This document shows positions 1 through 9,053 of a DNA stretch of 64,000 nucleotides, in pieces. Position 1 is the stretch's first letter, and the number at the start of each line of letters is the position of its first letter. The DNA is taken from the NCBI GenBank assembly GCA_965279525.1, contig CBDIIB010000004.1:128001-192000 (forward strand). Reading direction: 5' to 3'. The notes beneath the pieces are model-generated. The model ran no database searches. It was not told the DNA's origin and saw only the letters and a program-made list of their open reading frames with translations. The translations under genes were made by a program, and so were the position numbers. Source of the stretch: Tagaea sp. (GTDB lineage: Bacteria; Pseudomonadota; Alphaproteobacteria; CACIAM-22H2).

Positions 1-871
1 CCATAATCTCGACCGCCATGTCGGCCAGCATGAACTCGATCGCCTGAAAGTCGCGGATCGCGCGGCCGAACTGGCGGCGCTCGGAAGCCCAGGCATTGGC
101 GAGTTCGAAGGCGCGGATGGCAGCCCCGAGCGAGTTGGCGGCGATCTGCAGGCGCGCCTCGACGAACCAGTCCTTCGACAGTTCGAGACCGTTCCCGACA
201 CCGCCGAGAACCGCATCTTCACCGATCTCGACATTCTCGAATGCGAACTCAGGATGGCCGAAGACATAGGTGTGCGTGAATTTCGGCTCCCGCGTTACGC
301 GGACGCCCGGAGTCGACTTGTCGACGAGAAACAGGGTGGGGAGGTCGGGGTTCCCGTCGACATTCGCCTGAAGAATGATGTAGTCCGCGATGTCGCCCGA
401 CGTGACGAACCATTTCTCGCCGTTGATGACATAACGGCCGCCGCGCCGGTCCGCGCGGGTCTGGATGAGGCGTGGGTCGGAGCCGGCCCCTGCCTCGGTG
501 ATTGCCACGCACGCGCGCCGCGTCGTCAGGCAGCTCGGCCGCAGATAGGCTTCGATCTGCGCCGGTGTGCCGAACTTGAGCGCCACGGCCGGATGCGCGA
601 CGACGGCCCAGAGGGCGCCGGTCGCCTTCCCGAGCTCCTCACTGATGACCACCTGCTCGAGCTGTGTACAACCTTGTCCGCCGACTTCCTTCGTATGGTT
701 CATGCCGTTGAGGCCGTGTGCGACGACCGCTTTGCGCAGCGCTTCCTTCTTCTCCGCCGAAAGCAACCCGTTCATCTCGAGTTCGAGTTCATTCGGAAAC
801 AGGAACTCTTCCGCAAAGGCTTTTGCGCGCCGCTGCCAGTCCTGGGCCGCCTTTGGTAGTGTGAGGTCCAT
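1..871 (-). CDS. acyl-CoA dehydrogenase (3' end runs off window)
   Basis: Not in the ORF track. Hand translation from ATG at 871 gives MDLTLPKAAQDWQRRAKAFAEE..., the ACAD motif VAITEAGAGSD and ...FQAIEFMLADMAVEIM at the window edge. The ATG overlaps the upstream gene's stop (TGATG). Confidence 0.9.
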   Translation of the reverse strand, partial: MDLTLPKAAQDWQRRAKAFAEEFLFPNELELEMNGLLSAEKKEALRKAVVAHGLNGMNHTKEVGGQGCTQLEQVVISEELGKATGALWAVVAHPAVALKFGTPAQIEAYLRPSCLTTRRACVAITEAGAGSDPRLIQTRADRRGGRYVINGEKWFVTSGDIADYIILQANVDGNPDLPTLFLVDKSTPGVRVTREPKFTHTYVFGHPEFAFENVEIGEDAVLGGVGNGLELSKDWFVEARLQIAANSLGAAIRAFELANAWASERRQFGRAIRDFQAIEFMLADMAVEIM

Positions 872-2955
872 CAGCTTGGCTCCGGTTTCAGGACGACGAG
901 AGCATCGAGGGCAATGATCTCCGATCCCACGAGCAATGGATTTACATCGATTTCAGCGAGTCGGCTGGCCAATCCGGAGGCAAGGACAGAAAATCTGGCT
1001 ATCACTGCCGCCAACTGGTCGAGATCAGCAGCGGGTCCGCCACGATATCCGTCCAGCAAGCGGCGCAGCGCCAGCCGGTCGATAAGGCGACGAGCGGTCG
1101 CAGGACCGAACGGCGCCAGGGCGACCTGCCGGTCGGAAAGAAGTTCGACCAGTGTGCCGCCGGCACCGACTGTAACGAGCGGGCCGAACTGCGGATCATC
1201 GATCATTCCGAGCGCGAGCTCGACGCCGCGCGGTGCCATCGGGGCGACCAGCACGCGCGGGCCGAGCCGGGCGGCGAGATCTTCGTAGGCGGCGGCAACA
1301 GCGTCGGCATCCTTGAGCCCGAGCAGCACGCCGCGCACGTCCGACTTATGGAGGATTCCCGGCTGCGCGGTCTTGCAGACGCAAGGGAACCCTAGTGTCG
1401 CGACCGCTTCACGGGCTTCGGCAGCTGATTGCACGATCCTGTGCCGGACGGTCGGGATGTTCCAATCTGCGAGCAGGGAAAGGCTCGCGGTCTCGTCGAG
1501 CGCCCCGCCATGCGCCGGCAGCGACCGAGGCGCGGCGGGCCCGGCTGGCGGCGGATCGTCGCGGCGCGCGAGGAAGTCGCGATATGCGAGCGCGCCGCGC
1601 ACCGCGACAAGCGCGTTCGTGGTGCCGTCGAGAACCGGCACGCCGGCCCTCGTGAGTTCGCTGGCAAGCGCGTCGTGACGCACCTGCGTGTAGTGGGTCG
1701 CGACTGCAACCGGCTTGTCGGTCCGTGCAGATGCCGCGAGGATCGCGTTCGCGAATCCACGATGGAGGTATGAACCATCGCGCACGTCGATCGCCATCAG
1801 GCCGATCGCGGCATTCGGGTCGTGAATTAGATCGCTGAGGAAATCTTCGTACTGCTTCTCGAAATCCGCACCGGTTCCCCAGGCGTCCAGCGGGTTGACG
1901 GCTTCGAGTCCGGGATCGAGGCGTGCCGAGATGGTGGCCTTCGTCGGTTCCGTAAGTTCGGCGAACTCGACACCGACCCTGTCGGCCAGATCGATCATCA
2001 GTTCGCGCTCGCCGCCCGAATCGCCGATCGCGACAAGCCCGCCCTTCGCGGGCCGGCGGCCTGACGACAGGAGCAGCAGTGTCGCGGAAAGCTCGTCGAG
2101 CGTCTCGACGCGGACGACGCCGTGGCGCTCGAACAGCGCCTGATATGCCAGGTCGCTGCCGGCGAGTGCGCCGGTATGGGTGAGGGCTGCTGCAGCGGCG
2201 GCCTCGGTCCGTCCGACCTTGAGGACGACGACTGGTACGCTACGCCGTGCGGCCAGCGACAGGGCCTGTGCGAAGCCGGCGGGGGCGCGGGCGGTTTCCA
2301 GAAACAGGCCGACGGCCCGTACCTCGGGGCGTTCGACGGCGTAGGCGACATAGTCGGCAACGGTCGCCGTCAGCTCGCTTCCCGGCGATACCGCAAGCGC
2401 GAAACGCAGGCGCGGGTCGTTGTGGGCGAGGGCGCCGAAGACGCTGCCGGAGTGCGCGATAAAGGCGATCGAGCCGGCATCTGGCGTACGCGGGCTGGGG
2501 AACCCGCAGATCCATGTACGGTCGAGATCGTTGTAGAAGCCCATGCAGTTCGGGCCGCAGACGACGATGCCGCGCTCGTCGGCGATGCGGCGCAGCCGTT
2601 CGAGCAGCCGCGGATCGCCGTCGGGTTCGAGGATCGCGGATGCGAAGATGACGGCGGCCCGCGCACCGGCGTCGGCGGCCTCGCGCAGTGTCGTCTCGAG
2701 AAGTTCGTTCTTCACGGAAAGGACCGCAAGGTCCGGCCGGTCGGGAAGGTCGGCGAGCGAGGGATGGCACGCGAACCCCTCCACCTCGCGATACTTCGGA
2801 TTGACGGGATAGACGGTCCCCTCGAACCCGCCCCGGCGGATCATGCGGAGCATGCTGTTGCCGGGCGTGTTCGTCCGGTCGCTGGCGCCAACGAAGGCGA
2901 TGCGGCGCGGTGCGAGGAGTGGCGTCAGCCGGTCGGCGTGGATTGTCGCTGTCAT
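871..2955 (-). CDS. acetate--CoA ligase family protein (NDP-forming acyl-CoA synthetase, fused alpha/beta with ATP-grasp)
   Basis: CoA-binding N-terminus (FVGAS, YPVNP, GPNCMG), phospho-His motif THTGALAG, NPLD, ATP-grasp motifs HKSD..GV and EIDVNPL. Confidence 0.92.
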   Translation of the reverse strand: MTATIHADRLTPLLAPRRIAFVGASDRTNTPGNSMLRMIRRGGFEGTVYPVNPKYREVEGFACHPSLADLPDRPDLAVLSVKNELLETTLREAADAGARAAVIFASAILEPDGDPRLLERLRRIADERGIVVCGPNCMGFYNDLDRTWICGFPSPRTPDAGSIAFIAHSGSVFGALAHNDPRLRFALAVSPGSELTATVADYVAYAVERPEVRAVGLFLETARAPAGFAQALSLAARRSVPVVVLKVGRTEAAAAAALTHTGALAGSDLAYQALFERHGVVRVETLDELSATLLLLSSGRRPAKGGLVAIGDSGGERELMIDLADRVGVEFAELTEPTKATISARLDPGLEAVNPLDAWGTGADFEKQYEDFLSDLIHDPNAAIGLMAIDVRDGSYLHRGFANAILAASARTDKPVAVATHYTQVRHDALASELTRAGVPVLDGTTNALVAVRGALAYRDFLARRDDPPPAGPAAPRSLPAHGGALDETASLSLLADWNIPTVRHRIVQSAAEAREAVATLGFPCVCKTAQPGILHKSDVRGVLLGLKDADAVAAAYEDLAARLGPRVLVAPMAPRGVELALGMIDDPQFGPLVTVGAGGTLVELLSDRQVALAPFGPATARRLIDRLALRRLLDGYRGGPAADLDQLAAVIARFSVLASGLASRLAEIDVNPLLVGSEIIALDALVVLKPEPS

Positions 2956-2983
2956 GTCACTGTCAAGGGTGCTGGCCCGGCCG

Positions 2984-3013
2984 CCGGCACCGGGCGAAAG
3001 GGCCCGGTGCCGG
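2984..3013 (-). terminator. 12-bp stem-loop between SBP gene and CoA ligase (mRNA stabiliser or partial terminator)
   Basis: CCGGCACCGGGC-GAAAGG-GCCCGGTGCCGG perfect inverted repeat just after the SBP stop. No clear U-tract. Confidence 0.5.
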
Positions 3014-3030
3014 TCGGACGCGGCCGGACG

Positions 3031-4074
3031 TCAGCCGAGCTGCATGCGGTTCCAGTCATTCTCGTACTTGACCGAGTAGGCCGCCGCTTCCTTCTCGTTG
3101 AGGATCAGCATGTCCTTGATGTTCTCGGGTGCCGTGACCATCAGTTTGCGTTGTTCCGCCGTACCCTTGGCTGCGGCGGACCCGAGAACGGGGCCGTAGG
3201 TCCCGAACGAATTCAGGCCTGTCTGCGCCTCTTCGGAGATCGCGTAGTTGATCGCTTCCATCGCGAGGCGCGCGTTCTTCGAGCCCTTGGGGATGACCCA
3301 TGCATTACCCCAGGCGATGCCGTCCTTGTACGTCATCGCGATAGGCGCTTTCTCCTGCATCATCGCCAGAATGCGACCGTTCCAGGCCGACGACATGGCG
3401 AGTTCGCCCGAAGACAGAAGCTGCGGGGGCTGCGCGCCGGCGGTCCACCAGACCTTCACGTGCTCCTTCAGCTCCTTGACCTTCTCGATCGCCATCTTCG
3501 CCTTCTCGTCGGTCACCGGGAAGACCTGCGAACGCGGAACGCCGGCCGCGAGAAGGGCTGCTTCGTAGTTGTAGTAGAAAGGCTTGTAGAGGCCGCGCGG
3601 GCCGGGGAAGTCCTTCACGTTCCAGAAGTCCTTCCACGATTGCGGGCCCTTGCCTTCGGGGAAGGTCTTCGTGTTCCACGCGATGACAGTGGCGCCGGTC
3701 GACGTGAAGATTCCCTTGGGTGCCACCCAGCCCGCATCGAGATTCCTGGCGTTCGGGATCAGCGACATGTCGAGCGGTTCGAGGAGTTCATCGCCCTGCC
3801 AGATGAAGCGGCCGCCGACGTCGACAAGGTCCCATTCCGGTTGACCGGATTCGACCATTGCCTTGAGCTTGGCGTAGTTGGTCGGCGAAGCCGCGACGAC
3901 CTCGAATCCCTTCTGCTTGCCGAACGGGTCGAGCAGGACGGTCTTTTCGAGATCGCTGAGCGCGCCGCCCCACGAGCAGAACGTCAGTTGGCGTGCCTGG
4001 GCTTGCGGCGTACGGGCGAACCCGGCAGCCGCGAGCATCGTGCCGCCTGCAAGAATCTGTCTTCTGTTCAACAT
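3031..4074 (-). CDS. polyamine/amine ABC transporter substrate-binding protein (PotD/PotF-like), Tat signal
   Basis: MLNRRQIL twin-arginine leader, SWGG, WDLVD, PQSWKDFWNVKDFPGPR, AWNGR. GGAGG RBS upstream of 4074. Confidence 0.9.
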   Translation of the reverse strand: MLNRRQILAGGTMLAAAGFARTPQAQARQLTFCSWGGALSDLEKTVLLDPFGKQKGFEVVAASPTNYAKLKAMVESGQPEWDLVDVGGRFIWQGDELLEPLDMSLIPNARNLDAGWVAPKGIFTSTGATVIAWNTKTFPEGKGPQSWKDFWNVKDFPGPRGLYKPFYYNYEAALLAAGVPRSQVFPVTDEKAKMAIEKVKELKEHVKVWWTAGAQPPQLLSSGELAMSSAWNGRILAMMQEKAPIAMTYKDGIAWGNAWVIPKGSKNARLAMEAINYAISEEAQTGLNSFGTYGPVLGSAAAKGTAEQRKLMVTAPENIKDMLILNEKEAAAYSVKYENDWNRMQLG

Positions 4075-4091
4075 CGTGATTTCCTCCTTGT

Positions 4092-5144
4092 TCATGTTGT
4101 TTCTGGAAGTATCGACACGTTGTTTTCGCTCCAGCCGATTTCGACAGTTTCCTCCTTCGGAGCGTCGGAACTGAAGAGGCGGGACCAGAGCTCCGTCCCG
4201 TTGCCGAGTTCGAGGCGCAGGGCCACGATCTCGCCGAGAAACACGCGCTCCACGATCCGGGCCGTGCGACCTCCTTTCGTCGGACGGACATGCTCGGGCC
4301 GGACCATCGCGGCGGCAGGTCCGCCGACCGCAATACCGGGCGCTGCGCGCCCCGTCAGCGAACCCGCAACGCCGCTCGCTTCGAACTTCGCCGTGGCACC
4401 GTCCGTTGCGATGACGCGGCCGGGGATCAAATTTGATTCGCCCAGGAACCGCGCGACGAACGTGTCGACAGGCCGGGCGTAAAGGTCCTGCGCCGTTCCG
4501 ATCTGGACGATGCGGCCGGTCCGCATCACGGCGATCCGGTCCGACATCACGAGGGCTTCTTCCTGATCGTGTGTGACGTAGAGGGTCGTGCGCGGCTGTG
4601 CCAGATGCATGCGCCGGATCTCGATTTGCACTTCCTTGCGCAGCTGCTTGTCGAGTGCGCCGAGTGGTTCGTCCATCAGAAGGATGTCGGGCTCGATGAC
4701 GATGGCACGGGCAAGAGCCACGCGCTGCTGTTGGCCGCCCGACAGGCTGGCGATCCGCCGTAGCCCGAACGCGTCGAGGCGGACGCTCGCGAGGACAGCC
4801 TCAACCCGCCGGGTGATGTCCGGCTCGGCCGCACCACGCACGCGCAGCCCGTAGGCGACATTCTCGAACACGCTCATATGCGGAAACAGGGCATAGTTCT
4901 GGAAGACCATGCCGATGTTGCGCTGGCGCGGTGACAGCGAGGTGATGTCGTTCCCGTCGAGCAAGAGACTTCCGGCGCTCGGCGACTCGAATCCGGCGCA
5001 GATGTTCAGGAGCGTCGTCTTTCCCGACCCCGACGGGCCAAGGAGACTGACGAACTCGCCGGGTGCGACGGCCAGATCGAGCGGCAGGATCGCGTGGAAC
5101 TGCCCGAACTGCTTGGCGATCCCGCGGAAGGTGACGCCCCTCAT
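4092..5144 (-). CDS. ABC transporter ATP-binding protein (PotA-like)
   Basis: Walker A GPSGSGKT, LSGGQQQRVALAR, LMDEPLGALD, C-terminal TOBE-like domain. Start MRGVTF overlaps the upstream stop. Confidence 0.93.
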   Translation of the reverse strand: MRGVTFRGIAKQFGQFHAILPLDLAVAPGEFVSLLGPSGSGKTTLLNICAGFESPSAGSLLLDGNDITSLSPRQRNIGMVFQNYALFPHMSVFENVAYGLRVRGAAEPDITRRVEAVLASVRLDAFGLRRIASLSGGQQQRVALARAIVIEPDILLMDEPLGALDKQLRKEVQIEIRRMHLAQPRTTLYVTHDQEEALVMSDRIAVMRTGRIVQIGTAQDLYARPVDTFVARFLGESNLIPGRVIATDGATAKFEASGVAGSLTGRAAPGIAVGGPAAAMVRPEHVRPTKGGRTARIVERVFLGEIVALRLELGNGTELWSRLFSSDAPKEETVEIGWSENNVSILPETT

Positions 5145-5917
5145 CGGGCCCTCCGCGAGACGAGCCGGCTTGCGGCGGCACCCGCCAGCGCAAGTGCGAT
5201 CATGATCGTCGCCGCAACGGCAACGACAGGCGTGTACTCGACCCGGATTTCCTCCCAGATGCGCACCGGCAGCGTCTTGACGCGGGGGCCGGACAGGAAG
5301 ATGGAGAGCACCACCTCGTCGAACGAGGTGACGAAGGCGAACACGGCTCCGCCGATGACGCCGGGCAGGATCAGCGGCAGCGTGATGGTTCTGAAAATAC
5401 GCCACGGCCCGGCACCCAGGCCTGCTGCCGCCATGGCCAGTCGTGGATCAAGGGCTGCAACGGAGACGCCGATATTGAGGACGGCATAGGGCAGGGCTAG
5501 CATCGTATGTGCAATGACGAGGCCGGTGACGCTGCCGACCAGGCCCGTCGCCCGCGCGATCGCATAGAGGCCGACCGCAAGGACGATGACAGGCGCGACA
5601 GCAGGTCCAAGGAACAGGCCGGTCGCGATCTTGCGGCCGGTCGGGCCGAGCTTCTCGATGCCAAGGGCCGCCGCCGTCCCCGTCGCGACGGCAAGAATGC
5701 TCGACAGCGTGGCGACCTGCAGGCTCGTGATCAGGGCGTTTCGCCAGCTGGCGTCGGCAAGGAAAGCGCTCCACCAGCGCAGTGAGTAGCTTTCCGGCGG
5801 CAGCCGCACGAAGCTGCGTTCGCTGAAAGAGACCGGAATTACCGCGAGTATCGGGACGACCAGTGCCAGTCCGACAACCACCGCGAACCCCTTGGACCAG
5901 AGCGGTGCGCGCGTCAT
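5141..5917 (-). CDS. ABC transporter permease (PotC-like)
   Basis: Hydrophobic helices, AAAGLGA EAA-loop variant, FVTSFDEVV. Start MTRAPLW. Confidence 0.9.
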   Translation of the reverse strand: MTRAPLWSKGFAVVVGLALVVPILAVIPVSFSERSFVRLPPESYSLRWWSAFLADASWRNALITSLQVATLSSILAVATGTAAALGIEKLGPTGRKIATGLFLGPAVAPVIVLAVGLYAIARATGLVGSVTGLVIAHTMLALPYAVLNIGVSVAALDPRLAMAAAGLGAGPWRIFRTITLPLILPGVIGGAVFAFVTSFDEVVLSIFLSGPRVKTLPVRIWEEIRVEYTPVVAVAATIMIALALAGAAASRLVSRRAR

Positions 5918-6768
5918 CTCGCCTCCGCAAGGCCGGAGACCGGCACGAAGCGAGCTGCAATCGCGATCACGCCGAGCGCGAGCGCAAGGAGGACCATCGA
6001 GGCCGCCGAGGCAAGCGGCCAGGCAAGCCGCTCGTTCACGAAGGCGTCGATGAGCATCGATATCGTCGTGGACTTGGCGCCGCCGAGGAGTGCCGGCGTA
6101 ATGAAGAAGCCGAGCGACAGGAGGAATGTGAAAGTCGCTGCGGTCGCAATGCCTTTGGTGGCGAGCGGAAGCACGATGCGCCGGAACGTCGTGATGCTCG
6201 AGGCACCAAGGCCCTCGCTGGCCCGCAATAGGGCTGGGTCGATCTTGACGAGTGCCGCGTAGATCGGGAGTGCCGCGTAGGGAAGCAGCACATGAACCAT
6301 GCCGATCATGACGCCGGTGAAGTTGAACAGGAACGACAGCGGCTCGTCGATGATGCCGCCCGCGAGCAGGAACCGGTTCAGAGGCCCGTTTTTCTCGAGG
6401 ATCAGCATCCACGAGAAAGTGCGGACAAGCACGCTGATCCAGAGCGGCAGGACAACGCAGGCGAACAGACCGATGCGCCACGTGCCCGACAGGCGCGACA
6501 GCGCCATCGCGACGGCAAAGCCAAGCGTGAGCGTGATCGCGGTCACGACGACAGCGAGACGCATCGTGTTCCAGAGGACGAGCCAGTAGATATCTTCGCC
6601 GAGCAGCTCTTCGTAAGCCCCAAGCATCCCGGACTTGGCGGAGAGGCTCATCGAGACCAGCCGTACCAGCGGCATCACGAATGCGACGGCGATGACGACC
6701 ATCGCCGGCAGCAGGAGCAGGACGCCGAAGACGCCCCGCGAGAAGTTCTGTGGCGCGGCTGCGCTCAT
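5914..6768 (-). CDS. ABC transporter permease (PotB-like)
   Basis: LPLWISVLVRTFSW, ASEGLGA, GFFITPALLGG. Start MSAAAPQ. Confidence 0.9.
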   Translation of the reverse strand: MSAAAPQNFSRGVFGVLLLLPAMVVIAVAFVMPLVRLVSMSLSAKSGMLGAYEELLGEDIYWLVLWNTMRLAVVVTAITLTLGFAVAMALSRLSGTWRIGLFACVVLPLWISVLVRTFSWMLILEKNGPLNRFLLAGGIIDEPLSFLFNFTGVMIGMVHVLLPYAALPIYAALVKIDPALLRASEGLGASSITTFRRIVLPLATKGIATAATFTFLLSLGFFITPALLGGAKSTTISMLIDAFVNERLAWPLASAASMVLLALALGVIAIAARFVPVSGLAEAR

Positions 6769-8348
6769 CGACCCAGATCTTTCAGGATTTCCCGCGCCGC
6801 ATTGTGGCCGACGACGCCGCCCACGCCGCCGCCGGGGTGCGCCGACGAGCCGCACTGGTACAGCCCCTTGATCGGCGAACGGTAGTCGGCCCAGTGCGGT
6901 GCCGGTCGCGCCCAGAAAAGCTGGTCGACCTGCAGGTCGCCGTGGAAGATGTGGCCGTGCGGCGAGCCGATCTTCGCCTCGATGTCGGGCGGCGTGAGGA
7001 CCTGCATGTCGATGATGCCGTCCGAGAAACCGGGTGCGAACTCGTCCATCACGTTCATGACGTTGCGGACGAGTTCGTCCTTGCGCGTCGTCCAGTCGCC
7101 GGTCTTGAGTGTATAGGGCGCATGCCCGCCGAAGAGATTGACGACGTGTTTGCCTGGTGGCGACACAGAATCGTCCACGAAGCTTGGAGTGACCGGCGTG
7201 ATGAACGGACGGCGAGAGATGTCGCCATGCTTGGCATCGTCGTAGGCCTGCTCGATATATTCGATCGTCGGCCCGATATGCGTATAGGTCGGATAGGCAA
7301 AGCCGCACTTGACCGGATCGAACGAAGTGTATTGCGGCAGACGTTCGCACGCGATGTTGATCTTGAAGGCGCTGGAGTATGTCCGGTACGTCTCGACGTC
7401 GCGCACGAAGTCTGCCGGCAGTTTCGCTTTCTCGATGAACTTGAGGAACGTCAGCTTGGCCGAGACGTTGCTCGCGATCGTGTCGGCTTCGTAGCGGGTC
7501 CCGTCGGCGAGCGTCACGCCCGTCGCGCGGCCGCCGGAACTTTCAATGGACGCGACCTCGGCGTCCGTCCGTATCTTCAGTCCTTTGGCGATGCCCGAGC
7601 GTGCGATTGCCTGCGTGATCGCACCCATGCCGCCGCGGACGAACCCCCAACCGCCGGCACCGGCATGCTCACCCATGACGTGGTGCATGATGACGTAGGC
7701 CGAGCCCGGGCTCTTCGGACCTGTGAATGTCCCGATCCCGCAGTAGTAGGCGAGGACGGCCTTGACCTCTGAGCTTTCGAACCATTCCGACAGATAGGCG
7801 TCGGCGCTCATCGTCATCAGGTCGATGAGACGGAAGAGCTTTCCGCCGACCTTCCGGTAGGTCCACAGGAATTTCGCCGTCTCCTTGAACGAGCGCCAGT
7901 CCCTGCACGACGGGTCGGGTGGCGTCTCGAGCAGGAGCTTGCGCATGATCGCGACCGACTCCATCAGGTAGCGGTCGAACTCCGGATAGATAGCGGCGTC
8001 TTTTGCCGAGAAGCGTGCGAAGCTTTTCTGCGTCTTGGCGACGTCATCGGCGAAGATGATGTAGTCGTTGCCCGGCAGCGGCCCGAACATGTCGGTGGCG
8101 GGAAGGACCTGGTAGCCGAACTTCGCCAGTTCGAGATCCGAGATGACCCGGGGATGCAGCAGGCTCATCAGGTAGCTGAAGACGGAAAATTTGAAGCCCG
8201 GGAAGATCTCTTCGGTAACCGCGGCACCGCCGATCACGTGCCGCCGTTCGAGAACGAGCGTTTTCAGGCCGGCGCGCGCGAGGTAGGCTCCGCATGTGAG
8301 TCCATTATGGCCGCCACCGATGATGATCGCGTCGAAACGCTCCGCCAT
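6765..8348 (-). CDS. phytoene dehydrogenase-like NAD(P)/FAD-dependent oxidoreductase (PYROXD2-type)
   Basis: IIGGGHNGLTCGAYLARAG, GGMGAIT, GHIFHG, C-terminal GLYQCGSSAHPGGGVGG. Confidence 0.88.
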   Translation of the reverse strand: MAERFDAIIIGGGHNGLTCGAYLARAGLKTLVLERRHVIGGAAVTEEIFPGFKFSVFSYLMSLLHPRVISDLELAKFGYQVLPATDMFGPLPGNDYIIFADDVAKTQKSFARFSAKDAAIYPEFDRYLMESVAIMRKLLLETPPDPSCRDWRSFKETAKFLWTYRKVGGKLFRLIDLMTMSADAYLSEWFESSEVKAVLAYYCGIGTFTGPKSPGSAYVIMHHVMGEHAGAGGWGFVRGGMGAITQAIARSGIAKGLKIRTDAEVASIESSGGRATGVTLADGTRYEADTIASNVSAKLTFLKFIEKAKLPADFVRDVETYRTYSSAFKINIACERLPQYTSFDPVKCGFAYPTYTHIGPTIEYIEQAYDDAKHGDISRRPFITPVTPSFVDDSVSPPGKHVVNLFGGHAPYTLKTGDWTTRKDELVRNVMNVMDEFAPGFSDGIIDMQVLTPPDIEAKIGSPHGHIFHGDLQVDQLFWARPAPHWADYRSPIKGLYQCGSSAHPGGGVGGVVGHNAAREILKDLGR

Positions 8349-8367
8349 TTGTAAAAAATCCCCGTCC

Positions 8368-8389
8368 AAATTTTATTGTATTAAAATTT
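8368..8389. promoter_or_regulatory. inverted repeat in divergent promoter, probable operator of the XRE-cupin regulator
   Basis: AAATTTTA-TTGTAT-TAAAATTT in an AT-rich spacer. A second IR, GTTTGT-CAACT-ACAAAC, lies at 8401-8417. Confidence 0.55.
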
Positions 8390-8429
8390 TTGTCGTATAA
8401 GTTTGTCAACTACAAACGTATGCGGTGCC

Positions 8430-9053
8430 ATGGTTGATAATGTCCGAAAACTAAGACCGCTCGCTGAATCCGTCCCGCAGGGCGGTGCGGACGAAGCCGT
8501 GCCGCGCAAGATCGGTCAGGAAATCCGGGGCCTGCGCAAAGCCCGCAACCTGACGCTTGCCGAACTTGCCGAGGCAAGCGGCCTGTCGGTCGGCTATCTG
8601 AGCCTGCTGGAACGCGACCTGGCCACGCCTTCCATCAAGGCGCTGCATTCGGTTTCGCGCGCGCTTGGACAGACCATCAGCTGGTTCTTCGCGGCCGACG
8701 CCGTGCCGGAAAGCGAACGCGATCTGGTCGTGCGCCGGTCGCGCCGGCGCCGTCTCGAATACTCGGCCGGCATCGTCGACGAGCTCCTGAGCCCCAATCT
8801 GACCGGAACGCTCGAACTGCTTTCCAGCCGGTTTCCGCCGGGTGCTTCGTCGGGCGACGAGCCCTATACGCATGCCGGCGAGGAAGCCGGCATCGTCATC
8901 CGCGGGCGCCTCGAGCTGTGGGTCGACGGCAAGCACCTGATGCTCTCGGCCGGAGACAGCTTCGGATTCGCAAGCTCGCTGCCGCATCGCTACCGCAATC
9001 CCGGACCGGAAGAAACCGAAGTCATCTGGGCGATCACTCCTCCCAGCTACTGA
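8430..9053 (+). CDS. XRE-family HTH + cupin transcriptional regulator (PuuR-like)
   Basis: HTH_3 (IRGLRKARNLTLAELAEASGLSVGYLSLLER..PSI) plus cupin (HAGEE, GDSFGF..PHRYRNPG, WAITPP). Confidence 0.92.
   Translation: MVDNVRKLRPLAESVPQGGADEAVPRKIGQEIRGLRKARNLTLAELAEASGLSVGYLSLLERDLATPSIKALHSVSRALGQTISWFFAADAVPESERDLVVRRSRRRRLEYSAGIVDELLSPNLTGTLELLSSRFPPGASSGDEPYTHAGEEAGIVIRGRLELWVDGKHLMLSAGDSFGFASSLPHRYRNPGPEETEVIWAITPPSY

Noticed and set aside
254-859. 201-aa plus-strand ORF
   Set aside because: Antisense shadow of the acyl-CoA dehydrogenase on the minus strand, which has clear family motifs.
2122-4482. 786-aa plus-strand ORF
   Set aside because: Antisense to the CoA ligase, SBP and ATPase. 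No motifs, a typical high-GC shadow frame.
6765-8348. Carotenoid biosynthesis (crtI) interpretation
   Set aside because: No crtB/crtE nearby. The context is amine transport and catabolism.
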